Shown here one piece after another: positions 10,801-20,373 of a stretch of 64,000 nt of DNA. This DNA comes from Candidatus Poribacteria bacterium (lineage in GTDB: Bacteria; Poribacteria; WGA-4E; WGA-3G): positions 2,304,001 through 2,368,000 of the forward strand of contig OZ251518.1 in assembly GCA_965242965.1 (NCBI GenBank), written 5' to 3'. The notes beneath the pieces were generated by a model, which worked only from the letters and a program-made list of their open reading frames with translations, made no database searches and was not told the DNA's origin. The first letter of the stretch is position 1, and each line of letters starts with the position of its first letter. The position numbers were made by a program, and so were the translations under genes.

Positions 10801-11144
10801 CGGCGCACCGAACGAATCTCCACTTTCTCCTGAATCCAGTCGGCGCACGCTTTCGCGATATCTTTCTGCAGCAAGTAGTTGTGAAGTTCCAACCCGGCTT
10901 CTGTCAGCAGGAACGCTTTACTCTCCTGCATTTCCAAATCTATCCCGGCGATAAAACTGGGTTCGCCGAACAGAAAACGGAGCTCTTTGATACCGGTGAG
11001 CGATGCCTTAAGTTTATCAAAGGCGTAAATCGTAAAATAGGCAGAGACGATGGAGAGCGCGGAGCCATCTTCGATCTTCTCTTCCAAAAATTGCGCGACG
11101 GTGCCGAAGAGTCTGTTATCGCGGATGTGTGATTGACACTTCAT
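7836..11144 (-). CDS. PLD-nuclease / SNF2-family helicase fusion
   Basis: N-terminal LHGKMY...GSSNFT (PLD HxK); ADSVGLGKT, DESHHFRN, LSATPVNN, SEGQNLQ, QRFGRIDRIG helicase motifs. Confidence 0.9.
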   Translation of the reverse strand: MKCQSHIRDNRLFGTVAQFLEEKIEDGSALSIVSAYFTIYAFDKLKASLTGIKELRFLFGEPSFIAGIDLEMQESKAFLLTEAGLELHNYLLQKDIAKACADWIQEKVEIRSVRRANFLHGKMYYIDNGAENDALIGSSNFTVRGLGLSENASNIELNLEVDSKDDCRDLKMWFDHLWESDQVEDVKTEVLRHLENAYTDKAPEFIYFKTLYHVFERFLSERTTGEDTPAQTRLRDTQIWEKLYPFQRDGVLACLQKIRDYNGCIIADSVGLGKTYEALAIIKYFELQEARVLVLCPKKLEQNWTLYPWQFNNRHNPLKNDGFHYTVLAHTDLSRERGMSGHIDLAEFDWNTYDFVVIDESHHFRNRPAGTDKRKSRYNKLMEDIIQSGGKTQVLMLSATPVNNSLLELQNQICLITADKDDAFSAIDIPSLRGTLRDAQSQFEEWASSRGEDETHVYRTRRTAEPAGLQPVDKHGSGLLQTLGADFLKLLDTLTIARSRRHIESFYSDSMAQIGGFPERAKPQSIYPDIDLHGKFPAYAIISNQIDGYKLSLFNPSGYIRTECLRHYTDGRIRQREFNLIGMMKVNFLKRLESSVYSFVQTLARTLEKIEGIETDILARLHGGQMETGEDVIGPSELGAEEVENDEELDAFIQTGRNHVYRYEHLDLRGWLQDLREDKAALSGVHKAAVQITADRDAKLAELKRLIKAKVREPTTNREGKRNSKVLVFTAFADTANYLYDALHAWATEQLNIQCAVVTGSGSKATFGRNEFNDILTNFSPISRERADTQEPEIELLIATDCISEGQNLQDCDYLVNYDIHWNPVRIIQRFGRIDRIGSLNDKVQLVNFWPTAELDDYINLKSRVEARMVLVNLAGTGDDNLIASQNPGIAEGELTYREAQLKRMQTEILDMEDVEENLNLNQFTLDDFRAQLLNYFREHEAQLRDAPLGLYAVTAPQTHDGSPVAIEPGVIFCLRQTDTAKENEKLNPIHPYYLVHVTKAGEVSIGFANPKQILAFFSALCIGKEGPNQELCHWFNETTRNGEDMEHYDALIQTCVNAISGEYNRHVNDKLERSADFLLPAAETQIQETTAFELITWLIIT

Positions 11145-11174
11145 GATGCCCGGTCCTTTTCTTATTTGGAAAAA

Positions 11175-11203
11175 AGTATAGCATTTTCTATTGAATTTGT
11201 CAA
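11175..11203 (-). promoter_or_regulatory. sigma70 promoter of the helicase-MTase pair
   Basis: TTGACA-17 bp-TATACT. Confidence 0.7.
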
Positions 11204-11217
11204 GACAAAAACGGAGT

Positions 11218-11396
11218 AGGATTGAGCAGGATTATCACGATTTCCATGATTTCACAGGATTAGGTCGCTGGGGCACCGGACACCGTTTTGGCAGCCCCCC
11301 GCGGTCTCGGTGCATCAGAAACCTAGCATCTTGCTAATCTTGCTCAATCTTGTAAATCCTGCTCCTATCTTGTAAAATCCTGCTCAAATCCTGCTC
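11218..11396. repeat. AATCCTG hairpin element, inverted copy of 7632-7770
   Basis: Shared TCGGTGCRTCAGAAAC core and ATCTTGCT/AATCCTGCTC arms. Confidence 0.7.
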
Positions 11397-12798
11397 AAAT
11401 CTCCGCGCGCACGAAGGCGAGATATGCCCCCGACATCAACACGATGAAAAACAGCACCAACAACAGCAAATCCATCACCGCCGCGTCAAAATCGCGAATG
11501 AGGCTGAATGCGTCTTCAAACTTCGGAATCGCTTCCATTAGGCACGCTTTCTGAGACATGCCTTCGCGCACGCCGATGGCATGCCGACTCTTCACATCAC
11601 CCTGGTCTTCGTCAATGACGAATTCCCGAAACTGTCGGGCATACGGCTTAACGTTCTGCAAGAATTGGCGGTGCCTCTCAAATCCGGTGCCGGCGAACAC
11701 TTCAAACAAACGCTGCACCGTTGCGGCAGGAGAGATGCGGGTGATGCTTCGCGCCTCGTGAATCTGTGCAAGCTGCTGCGTTAAGCGTTCCTCGTTCAAG
11801 CGTTCATGTAGCCGTGCCTCTTCAATGACGTATTCGGAGAGTTCGCGTATCCGCTTTTCGGGTTTATTCTTGTCATAAGTGGCGTATTTCTTCCACAGAT
11901 TATTCCCAATCTCGTCCGCGCGTTTCCGATATTCATCGGCGGACATCGGCGATGAAAACCCGCTTGCAATAGAAGCAAGGGTGCTCGGCATAAACACGAC
12001 AAAGGTTACCCACGTCAATAAGAGGATGACGAGACTCACGGCACTACGCTGCACGCGGGCGGAAACCAACAACCCTAATGCCAAGAAAATGCACAGATAG
12101 AGAAGCGCGATACAAAAGATGATGCCTAACCTGCCCCATGCATCGGCATCGAGATGGACACTGCGCGACATGGAAATTACCAAGAGGTTCATCAAAACGG
12201 CGATAGTGAACGGAATGAGGATACTGACGAACGCGCCGATAAACTTGCCGAATAACACGGCGTGGCGCGGAATCGGATTTGCCAGCATCAGGCGCAGCGT
12301 GCCGCTTTCGCGTTCCCCGGCGATAGCATCAAACGTGAATAGCAGTCCGATCAGACTCAGCACATAACCAACGATGAACCCCCAATCCACCTTTGTCACA
12401 TCGGGCTCAATGTTATCAAGATTAGGGGTGACAGATGGATATTTGAGTCTCCAGATGGCATGCAGCCCATCTCCCCAACTCCAATCGCCGCTCCCTCCGT
12501 CGACAACGTTCGGTAAAAATGCGTCGCCGCCATCTGCACAGAAATGGAGCGACGAGGGATTTTTGTAAAGTTTGCCGGGGCCTCTTTTGACGAGTTCGTA
12601 TAAGTTGTTTGCGCGTTCTCTCAACACGTTCCGCGATTTGGCAACTGCATCGTGATATTTCTGCATCCGCTTGGGATGTTCGTGGAGATGCACCGCGGCG
12701 TTGGTGAGCATCAGCGCGAGTAGCAGGATGGTGGTTAAACCGAATCGGAGGCTATTGAGATTTGCGTAAAGTTCGCGTTTCGCGATATGCCATATCAT
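11395..12798 (-). CDS. ABC-2 type transporter permease subunit
   Basis: MIWHIAKREL start; FDAIAGERESGTLRLMLANPIPR motif; several TM segments. Confidence 0.85.
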   Translation of the reverse strand: MIWHIAKRELYANLNSLRFGLTTILLLALMLTNAAVHLHEHPKRMQKYHDAVAKSRNVLRERANNLYELVKRGPGKLYKNPSSLHFCADGGDAFLPNVVDGGSGDWSWGDGLHAIWRLKYPSVTPNLDNIEPDVTKVDWGFIVGYVLSLIGLLFTFDAIAGERESGTLRLMLANPIPRHAVLFGKFIGAFVSILIPFTIAVLMNLLVISMSRSVHLDADAWGRLGIIFCIALLYLCIFLALGLLVSARVQRSAVSLVILLLTWVTFVVFMPSTLASIASGFSSPMSADEYRKRADEIGNNLWKKYATYDKNKPEKRIRELSEYVIEEARLHERLNEERLTQQLAQIHEARSITRISPAATVQRLFEVFAGTGFERHRQFLQNVKPYARQFREFVIDEDQGDVKSRHAIGVREGMSQKACLMEAIPKFEDAFSLIRDFDAAVMDLLLLVLFFIVLMSGAYLAFVRAEI

Positions 12799-12816
12799 TT
12801 TTTTCGTTTTTTCGTT

Positions 12817-13148
12817 GGTAGGCGGGACATCCTTGTCCCGATAATTGCATCGAGACCAGGAGGGCTCTCCTACTGCATCCTCTGGGTAGGAGGGACATCC
12901 TTGTCCCGATAGGCGTTCGGGTAGGAGGGACATCCTTGTCCCGATAGGCGTTCGGGTAGGAGGGACATCCTTGTCCCGATAGAGGTATTGCATTGAGACC
13001 GGGAGGGCTCTCCTACTGCATCCTCTGGGTAGGAGGGACATCCTTGTCCCGATAGGCGTTCGGGTAGGCGGGACATCCTTGTCCCGATAATTGCATCGGG
13101 ACCGGGAGGGCTCTCCTACCGACGTTGAGCGAGTTATGAAACACCCTC
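12817..13148. repeat. REP array (six GTAGG(A/C)GGGACATCCTTGTCCCGAT units plus three opposed units) ending in a right TIR
   Basis: Units at 12818, 12886, 12921, 12956, 13029, 13064; TTATGAAACACCCTC ends at 13148. Confidence 0.85.
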
Positions 13149-13149
13149 A

Positions 13150-14658
13150 TTACACTTCACTTCGCACAAAAATCAGGAATGTCATCATAAACAAGACAAG
13201 GCTCGTCAGCAGCAAGAGCAGCACATCCGGCAACGCGCGCTTGGCATTTATCTCAATACCTCTCCGTTCAAAAGAGAACTGCGGCAGCGTGCTCCAATCC
13301 GCCTTGTCTTTGTCGGACAGGAACCATTCCCGCGCGCCGAACGCGTCTTTATCGTCATACCAGTTCAGCACCGTTTTCCGATATTGGCGCGCCGCGTCAA
13401 AAAAGTCGCGGATGCCGAGGAGCCCGGTGCCAGCCCAGGCTTGCGTTGCGGCATCATAACAACCGACAGGCGAGAGTTTCAGCAAAGTCCGCTTAAAATT
13501 CGCCTGCTGAACAAGCGTGTCTACCAACGCATCTTTCCGAATGAGCCACGCCCGTTCCGCCGTCTGAATCGTCAATGGCATGAGGAACCGGTGATAATGT
13601 TGGACGTGCGGCACAGCGGGTTGGTATTCTTCATCAATTTCTTTAAAGGCAAGCATTCTGGCATAAAGATAGATGAGCGTCTTCAAATCTGCAGGGTAAT
13701 CTTCATAAGCATACCCCCAATACCCATCAATATTAAACCGGTAGTCTTCCCCCGGAAAGGCATCCGCGGCTAGGAAGCGTTTCCTCTCCCGGTCAAACTC
13801 CTCCCAAACTTGTTTAATCTGGTTGAACGCAGAAACCGCACGTTCTTGCGGGACATCCGATGTCCTGATAGTCGCGAGGACTATGTTCGGATAGACGAGG
13901 ACGAGAAACCCCCAGACGAACATGGCGAGCATTAACGCCGTGCTGGTTCGATGTGTCACCGCCGAGATAAGCAATCCGATGAGATAGAATACCGACAAAT
14001 ATGCAATTGAAGCGAGGATTATCCCACCGATGCGCAGAAAATCGTCGGAACGCAACGAAATAGAAGCGGATGTCGTCAGCAAAATCAGCGCGAAGAGGAG
14101 GCTGATGACTAACGGGATAAGCAGACACGTCATCGCGCTAACGTATTTGGCGAGGAGAATGTGCGCACGGCTGAGCGGGTTCGTCAGCACGAGGCGCAGG
14201 GTGCCGCGTTCGCGTTCGCCTGCGAGTGCGTCATAGGCGAACATGAGTGCCATCAGGCTGAAGACTACCTCAAAAATAAAAACCAAGTCAATTGAGGAGA
14301 AAAGATTGAGGAACGGATTCTCGGAGCCGTTCATGCGTGCTTCCCACAGCGTCGGCACAATGTTATGCGCAATCCAGATTTCGTTGCCCAACCGTTTATC
14401 CAATCCGACGTTGAAGATGCTCAACGGATTCGGCGGCCGGTCAAGTTCCATTTCTCCCTCTGCATATATTGTTATTTCACGCAGTTCTTGCCGATGCGTT
14501 TTGACAGCGGTGTTGTAATCCGCCAATCGCCGTTCGTAATCCTTGATAAGCACCGCCGTGTTGGCGACGACTAACAATAACGTGCCAAGCAGTGCGGCGG
14601 CGAAGCGGAACGTCATCAGGTTGTCAAGCAGTTCGCGGCGGAGGAGTGTTGTGAACAT
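13150..14658 (-). CDS. ABC-2 type transporter permease subunit
   Basis: MFTTLLRREL start; YDALAGERERGTLRLVLTNP motif; paralog of the downstream gene. Confidence 0.85.
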   Translation of the reverse strand: MFTTLLRRELLDNLMTFRFAAALLGTLLLVVANTAVLIKDYERRLADYNTAVKTHRQELREITIYAEGEMELDRPPNPLSIFNVGLDKRLGNEIWIAHNIVPTLWEARMNGSENPFLNLFSSIDLVFIFEVVFSLMALMFAYDALAGERERGTLRLVLTNPLSRAHILLAKYVSAMTCLLIPLVISLLFALILLTTSASISLRSDDFLRIGGIILASIAYLSVFYLIGLLISAVTHRTSTALMLAMFVWGFLVLVYPNIVLATIRTSDVPQERAVSAFNQIKQVWEEFDRERKRFLAADAFPGEDYRFNIDGYWGYAYEDYPADLKTLIYLYARMLAFKEIDEEYQPAVPHVQHYHRFLMPLTIQTAERAWLIRKDALVDTLVQQANFKRTLLKLSPVGCYDAATQAWAGTGLLGIRDFFDAARQYRKTVLNWYDDKDAFGAREWFLSDKDKADWSTLPQFSFERRGIEINAKRALPDVLLLLLTSLVLFMMTFLIFVRSEV

Positions 14659-14689
14659 CGGTTTTCCTTGTTGTCTGTAGGATATATAT

Positions 14690-14981
14690 GACGGTGCTTC
14701 AGAACTCGTTTTCCCCAGTAGGAGAGACCTCCCGGTCTCGATGTTCCCGTAGCGCGGGGGCCCTCGGATGCCACACGCGCATCCGAGCGGGTTTCCCCCG
14801 CGAGGGCTCAAGAACCGTTTTTTTATCGTAGCGCGGGGGACAGGCCCCCGCGATCATTGGAATGCGCGTGCATGAACGATGGCGAGGGACAGGCCCTCGC
14901 CCTACGTGAACGGGAGGCGTTTTTTTCACCGCATCGCGGGTGCCTGTCCCCGCGACGTTGAGCAATTTATGAAACACCCTC
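14690..14981. mobile_element. MITE-like composite element D
   Basis: Degenerate left TIR GACGGTGCTTCAGAACTCG, right TIR TTATGAAACACCCTC; flanks atatatat / atatatag. Confidence 0.7.
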
Positions 14982-15236
14982 ATATATAGAAATCTGTCCT
15001 GATAAGATTCATCGGAGGACTGAATGGTTCTGCTCGCGAGTATAGCATGACGTATCACATTTATCAACCGGAAAAAATTGACTTGCGAAATATCACCGAA
15101 TATGATAAACTACGTTCATGAACCAAAATGAGACTACGCTGTCTAAAATTCTCAGTGGCTCAGTATTCACGCAAATGCCAGAACCGCGCCAACGGTGCTC
15201 GTTCTGCGTAAATTCCAACAAAAAATAGGAGAAAAA

Positions 15237-17477
15237 ATGCGAATCAAATGGACACTCCGCATCATTACCGCAACCCTCTGCCTTTGGGGGCTCGGCTTCA
15301 ACAGTAATGCCGCCGATATTTTCCCGAAGGACCGGGTTGTGGACATCCAAATCACCGTAGCGGAGGAAGATTGGGACAAAATCCGATATCAGTCCCGGAA
15401 CTTTTTCACAGCATTGCACGAAAGTCGGCGATTAAAGCCTCCCGAGCGTCCGTATACCTACGTCGAAGCGAGCGTCACGATTGATGGCGTGACATTTCCG
15501 CGCGTCGGCATCCGCAAAAAAGGATTCCTCGGTTCTCTCAGCGAGACGCGCCCCTCCCTCAAAATCAGGTTGAACCGTGTTGACAAAAATGCCGCATTTG
15601 ATGGGCAGACGCACCTCACGCTGAATAATAATCTGCAGGACATCTCCTTTGTCAGCCAATTCATGGGCTATGCGCTGTTTAACGCCATCGGTTTGCCGGC
15701 ACCGCGGTGCGCCTATGCGAAAGTTACCGTCAACGGCATGAACCTCGGCATCTATTCGCACGTAGAAAGCATCCGTAAGCCGTTCCTCAAACGCGTCTTT
15801 GGGAATGCCGACGGCCCGCTTTACGAAGGCACCGTCGTTGATTTTTACGAGGGATGGGAAAATAGTTTTGAGCACAAACGCGGCGATGACAAACCCGGCA
15901 GAACGAAGATTAAGCAGTTGATTGACGTTCTCTCGGCAAAGGAGATAACTGAAGAAGCCATCGGCGAAATCGTCGATTTAGACGCGTTCTATCGATTCTG
16001 GGCAACCGAAAGCCTGCTCGGTTTTTGGGACGGCTACGCCGGCAACTCGAACAACTTTTTCATCTATCTGCATCCGGATACCGAAAAGTTTCACTTTGTG
16101 CCGTGGGGCGCGGATTCGCTGTTTGTCAAACACAGCAAACTGGAATTCCGGCAAGACAAACGCGCGCCCATCTCCGTCAAAACGCAAGGGCTCATTGCCC
16201 ACAAGTTGTATCAGTTAGAATCCGGCCGTCAACGATACGCTCAGACGATGATGGACATTCTCAACACCCATTGGAATGAAGAAGCGTTGTTGGCAGAGCT
16301 TGACAGCGTCTCGGCACTCATCACGCCACATCTGATTATTGCACAGCGGTACCCTGACAAGGAAGACGAGAGGGGGCGACGCTGGCGAAAAGACAAAAGT
16401 TTCTCCTACAAGGACGCGTTGGAAGAAACACGGCAATTTATCCAGTCCCGGCGCGCCGATATTCTCAAAGAAATTAGTAACGGGATGCCGGTGTGGCGGA
16501 AACGTCCAGACCTGCCTTTTACCCTAGGCGACGATGGCGAATTCAAATTTGATGTCAAGGCACAAATGCCTGAAGATACGCTATGGGGAGCAGCGGTGGC
16601 AGGGAAACTCACCGCGATTGAAGCCGCTCTCGCCGAGGGCATCGATGTGAACGCGCAAGACGATGAACTCGGATTACCGCCTTTAGCATGGGCAGCCTTG
16701 CACGGACAAACCGAAGCGATGCGTCTGCTGATTGAAAAAGGTGCCGATGTCAATGCCAGAAGTGAAGATGGCAACACGCCGCTGCACGGTGCCGCGTTCC
16801 TGGGTCAGGCTGAAGCAGCCAAATTGCTTATTGACAACGGCGCGGACACCACCGCTCGCGACGAAGATGGCGAAACACCCGCGGATGCCTTAAGGGCTGA
16901 CCCGGGAACCACGATGTTTATCGCTGGCATGCTAGGCATCAACCTCAGAGAAGAAGGAAAATTCGCCGCCTTGATAGCCGGCAGAATGGAAGTGGCGAAA
17001 CTGCTCGGCGTTGACGATACCCTTACCGATACCGAGAAAAATGGTGTTTCAGCGGATATCTGGGGAGCCGTAGCCACCGGTAACTTCGCCGCCATTAAAC
17101 GGGCGTTAGCCAACGGTGCCGATGCGAATGCAAAAGAACCCCAAAATGGGACACCTCTTCTCACCTTGGCAGCCCTCATGGGGCACGCCGACATCGCTGA
17201 ATTGCTCATCGAGAACGGGGCCGATGTCAACGCACAGGGAGGAGATGGCGGCACTGCGTTGCACGCAGTTGCGTTCCTCGGCCGCGCCGAATCAGCCAAA
17301 GTCCTGCTCAATCACGGTGCCGATGTCACTATCAGGAATAACGACGGCGCGTCACCGCACGATGTCTTACTCCTTGACTGGAACACGACGCTCTTTGTCG
17401 CGAACCTATTGCAAATCAAGGTAGATAGAGACAAAGTTGAAGCGGGGCGAAAGAAAATCGCGCAGCTCCTCGAATAA
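15237..17477 (+). CDS. secreted CotH kinase-family protein with C-terminal ankyrin repeats
   Basis: Signal peptide; VGIRKKG...[23 protein letters not shown] (CotH); GADVNA...GNTPLH ankyrin repeats; TTGACT-17-TATGAT promoter at 15078-15106. Confidence 0.85.
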   Translation: MRIKWTLRIITATLCLWGLGFNSNAADIFPKDRVVDIQITVAEEDWDKIRYQSRNFFTALHESRRLKPPERPYTYVEASVTIDGVTFPRVGIRKKGFLGSLSETRPSLKIRLNRVDKNAAFDGQTHLTLNNNLQDISFVSQFMGYALFNAIGLPAPRCAYAKVTVNGMNLGIYSHVESIRKPFLKRVFGNADGPLYEGTVVDFYEGWENSFEHKRGDDKPGRTKIKQLIDVLSAKEITEEAIGEIVDLDAFYRFWATESLLGFWDGYAGNSNNFFIYLHPDTEKFHFVPWGADSLFVKHSKLEFRQDKRAPISVKTQGLIAHKLYQLESGRQRYAQTMMDILNTHWNEEALLAELDSVSALITPHLIIAQRYPDKEDERGRRWRKDKSFSYKDALEETRQFIQSRRADILKEISNGMPVWRKRPDLPFTLGDDGEFKFDVKAQMPEDTLWGAAVAGKLTAIEAALAEGIDVNAQDDELGLPPLAWAALHGQTEAMRLLIEKGADVNARSEDGNTPLHGAAFLGQAEAAKLLIDNGADTTARDEDGETPADALRADPGTTMFIAGMLGINLREEGKFAALIAGRMEVAKLLGVDDTLTDTEKNGVSADIWGAVATGNFAAIKRALANGADANAKEPQNGTPLLTLAALMGHADIAELLIENGADVNAQGGDGGTALHAVAFLGRAESAKVLLNHGADVTIRNNDGASPHDVLLLDWNTTLFVANLLQIKVDRDKVEAGRKKIAQLLE

Positions 17478-17490
17478 AGGTTTAACACTT

Positions 17491-19455
17491 ATGGCAAAAC
17501 CGATTCACTACACCGACATCCTTGAAACCGGCTCCGCCGACATCTATGACGTTGCAACCCATGCCGCAGGGCCCGAAGGGAGCCTCCCCCTCACCGAAGA
17601 GATGCTCCTTACTCGGCCGAGTGGCGACATCTTTGGGTTAAGCCACAACACCGCCATGGGCTGGGCACCGACTGAGCTCCGCCGCGAGGAGTTCCTCATC
17701 CTCAGCACGCAAGGTGGTATCCGCGCACCCGATGGCACTCCCATCGCGCTCGGTTATCACACCGGACATTGGGAGGTAGGCCTCCTCATGCAGGCGGTGG
17801 CACACGAGCTCAAGGCACTTCGCACTATCCCGTTCGCCGGCTACTGCTCGGATCCTTGTGATGGCAGAACACAAGGCACTGTCGGGATGATGGATAGCCT
17901 CGCCTACCGCAACGATGCGGCGCAGATTTTCCGCAGGCTCATCCGCTCCCTGCCGACACGAAAAGGGGTAGTCGGGGTTGCTACATGCGATAAAGGGATG
18001 CCCGCGATGATGATGGCACTCGCATCCATGCGGGAATTACCGTGTGTTCTCGTCCCCGGCGGCGTGACGTTGCCGCCGACAACAGGCGAAGATGCAGGGA
18101 AAATTCAGACTATCGGCGCGCGCTTCGCACATGGAGAAATTAGTTTGCAAGACGCGGCGGACATGGGCTGCCGTGCCTGTGCAACACCCGGCGGCGGTTG
18201 TCAATTCCTCGGTACCGCGGCGACATCGCAGGTTGTCGGAGAGGCACTGGGGATGAGCCTGCCGCACACTGCCTTAGCCCCCTCTGGACAAAACATCTGG
18301 TCGGACATGGGACTCCGTTCGGCACGCGCCGTTGTCAACCTCGCCGCAAAAGGGCTCGCGATGCGGGATATCGTCACATCGGAGGCGATTCGGAATGCCA
18401 TGGTAGTGCACGCCGCGTTCGGCGGTTCCACGAACCTGCTGTTGCACATTCCCGCCATCGCGCACGCCGCCGGGCTCAAACGTCCCACCGTTGAGGAGTG
18501 GAGTGAAGTCAACCGCACCGTGCCGCGTCTCGTCGATGTGCTACCGAACGGACCGGTCGGACATCCGACGGTGCGAGTCTTCCTCGCAGGCGGCGTGCCG
18601 GAAGTGATGCTCCATCTCCGCGAACTCGGATGCCTCAATGAAGATGTCCTCACCGCTACCGGCGAACCCCTCGGCAGCAATTTGGATTGGTGGGCATCAT
18701 CCGAACGCCGCGCCCGCGTGCGCGCGATTTTGAAAGAAAACGACAGCGTCGAACCCGATACCGTGATTATGAACCCCGATGCCGCTGCAACGAAAGGACT
18801 CACTAGTACCGTGACGTTCCCGCGCGGCAACCTCGCGCCGGAAGGTTCTGTCATTAAAAGCACGGCGATAGACCCGAGTGTTGTCGATGCCGATGGCGTG
18901 TATCGGATGACGGGCCCCGCGCGCGTCTTTGTCCGCGAAGTAGATGCTATCCAAGCACTTAAAAACCGCAACGAAACCATCATTCAACCGGGCGATGTTA
19001 TCGTGTTGTGTTGCCGCGGCCCGCTTGGCACAGGGATGGAAGAGGTTTATCAACTCACCGCCGCCCTCAAGCATCTCTCTTTTGGCAAACATATTGCGCT
19101 GATTACAGACGCGCGGTTTTCCGGTGTCTCCACGGGCGCGTGTATCGGACATGTTGGACCGGAGGCACTCGCCGGCGGCCCCATCGGCAAAGTCATTGAG
19201 GGAGACATCGTGCAGATTCAGATTGATACGCAACGGCTTGAGGGCAGCATCGATCTGGTAGGCCACAACGGACAACACTTCGGCGCGGATGCCGGTGAAC
19301 GGGTGTTAGCAGAACGTCAACCGCGTCCAGACCTCGCGTCGGATGCCGCTTTGCCCGATGATACGCGTCTCTGGGCGGCGTTGCAAGCCGTAGGCGGCGG
19401 CACCTGGGGCGGATGCGTTTACGATGTCGATGCCATCATCAAAGCACTGTCTTAA
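17491..19455 (+). CDS. YjhG/YagF-family D-xylonate dehydratase (IlvD/Edd superfamily)
   Basis: [32 protein letters not shown] motifs. Confidence 0.9.
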   Translation: MAKPIHYTDILETGSADIYDVATHAAGPEGSLPLTEEMLLTRPSGDIFGLSHNTAMGWAPTELRREEFLILSTQGGIRAPDGTPIALGYHTGHWEVGLLMQAVAHELKALRTIPFAGYCSDPCDGRTQGTVGMMDSLAYRNDAAQIFRRLIRSLPTRKGVVGVATCDKGMPAMMMALASMRELPCVLVPGGVTLPPTTGEDAGKIQTIGARFAHGEISLQDAADMGCRACATPGGGCQFLGTAATSQVVGEALGMSLPHTALAPSGQNIWSDMGLRSARAVVNLAAKGLAMRDIVTSEAIRNAMVVHAAFGGSTNLLLHIPAIAHAAGLKRPTVEEWSEVNRTVPRLVDVLPNGPVGHPTVRVFLAGGVPEVMLHLRELGCLNEDVLTATGEPLGSNLDWWASSERRARVRAILKENDSVEPDTVIMNPDAAATKGLTSTVTFPRGNLAPEGSVIKSTAIDPSVVDADGVYRMTGPARVFVREVDAIQALKNRNETIIQPGDVIVLCCRGPLGTGMEEVYQLTAALKHLSFGKHIALITDARFSGVSTGACIGHVGPEALAGGPIGKVIEGDIVQIQIDTQRLEGSIDLVGHNGQHFGADAGERVLAERQPRPDLASDAALPDDTRLWAALQAVGGGTWGGCVYDVDAIIKALS

Positions 19456-19457
19456 AT

Positions 19458-19975
19458 GAGGGGTTTCATATTTCGATGGCTTCCCGGTAGGAGAGACCTC
19501 CTGGTCTCGATGCATCCCCGTAGGAGAGACCTCGGGTTTCGATGTTCCCGTAGCGCGGGGGCCTGTCCCCCGCGATCTCCATCATCACGAGGTGGCGTTT
19601 TAGGTCCTTTAGGACCTACATGTCTATAGCAGCCCGTGTCGGCCCGTTTTCAAGGTCCTTTAGGTCCTTAATAGGAAAACACGCGGCACGGCAAAATCCA
19701 TTAAGGACCTAAAGGACCTTAGGGTTCGTCGCGGACGCGCGTGCTATAGACATTAAGGTCCTACGGACCTAAGAGACGTTTTTTCATCTGTAGTTTGTGA
19801 TCGCCTGATCACAAACGGGTCAGGATCAGGCGATCCTGACCTACAGGGTTGAGGCGATCTGCCAGCCAAACGCATGGCGAGGGACAGGCCCTCGCCCTAC
19901 GTGAAGGGGAAGCGTTTTTTCCACCGTAGCGCGGGGCCTGTCACCGCGCCGTTGAGCAATTTATGAAACACCCTC
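19458..19975. mobile_element. MITE-like composite element E
   Basis: GAGGGGTTTCATA...TTATGAAACACCCTC; flanks gtcttaaat / atcttaaat. Confidence 0.85.
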
Positions 19976-20373
19976 ATCTTAAATACTGGGCACCGCCGCT
20001 CCTCTACATGGGATTGATTTTCGGCATCTCGTCAATGGAGCAGCCGCCGTTCCCGATGCCCGAATTTGAATGGCTGACGATTGATAAACTCTACCACTTC
20101 GTCGAATACGCCATCCTCGGTGCGTTATTGGCACTCGCCTTCGCAAAGGCACCGCCGCGAGGCTTTCCTGCGAAGTGGGGATGGAGCGCGGCAGCACTCA
20201 TCTCCATTCTATACGGCGCGAGTGACGAATGGCATCAAACCTTCGTCCCCGGCAGACTCGCCACCGTTGCCGATTGGGTTGCGGATGTGGTAGGGACAAT
20301 TGCCGGTGTGCTCAGCGTCTATTTCTACAATAGAAGGAGAAAACAGACAAGTGAAAAGGATTTACTTCGGTGA
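19963..20373 (+). CDS. VanZ-family membrane protein
   Basis: DKLYHFVEYAILG, YGASDEWHQTFVPGR...DWVAD motifs; start codon lies inside the element E TIR. Confidence 0.85.
   Translation: MKHPHLKYWAPPLLYMGLIFGISSMEQPPFPMPEFEWLTIDKLYHFVEYAILGALLALAFAKAPPRGFPAKWGWSAAALISILYGASDEWHQTFVPGRLATVADWVADVVGTIAGVLSVYFYNRRRKQTSEKDLLR

Noticed and set aside
12817-13148. Possible CRISPR array
   Set aside because: Intervening sequences are short and themselves repeated, units are GTAG palindromes, and no cas genes are present; this is a REP array.
3624-13148. Composite transposon from lone left TIR 3624 to lone right TIR 13148 carrying the defence pair
   Set aside because: Flanks (agttagaat / attacactt) do not match, and the span would split the permease gene pair.
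12799-14811. N-terminal extensions of ORF-track calls (permeases; also MTase 7646, clpP 42957, S4 38004, MTase 49567, tig 44544)
   Set aside because: Extensions run through repeats or a tRNA; family-typical starts lie downstream.
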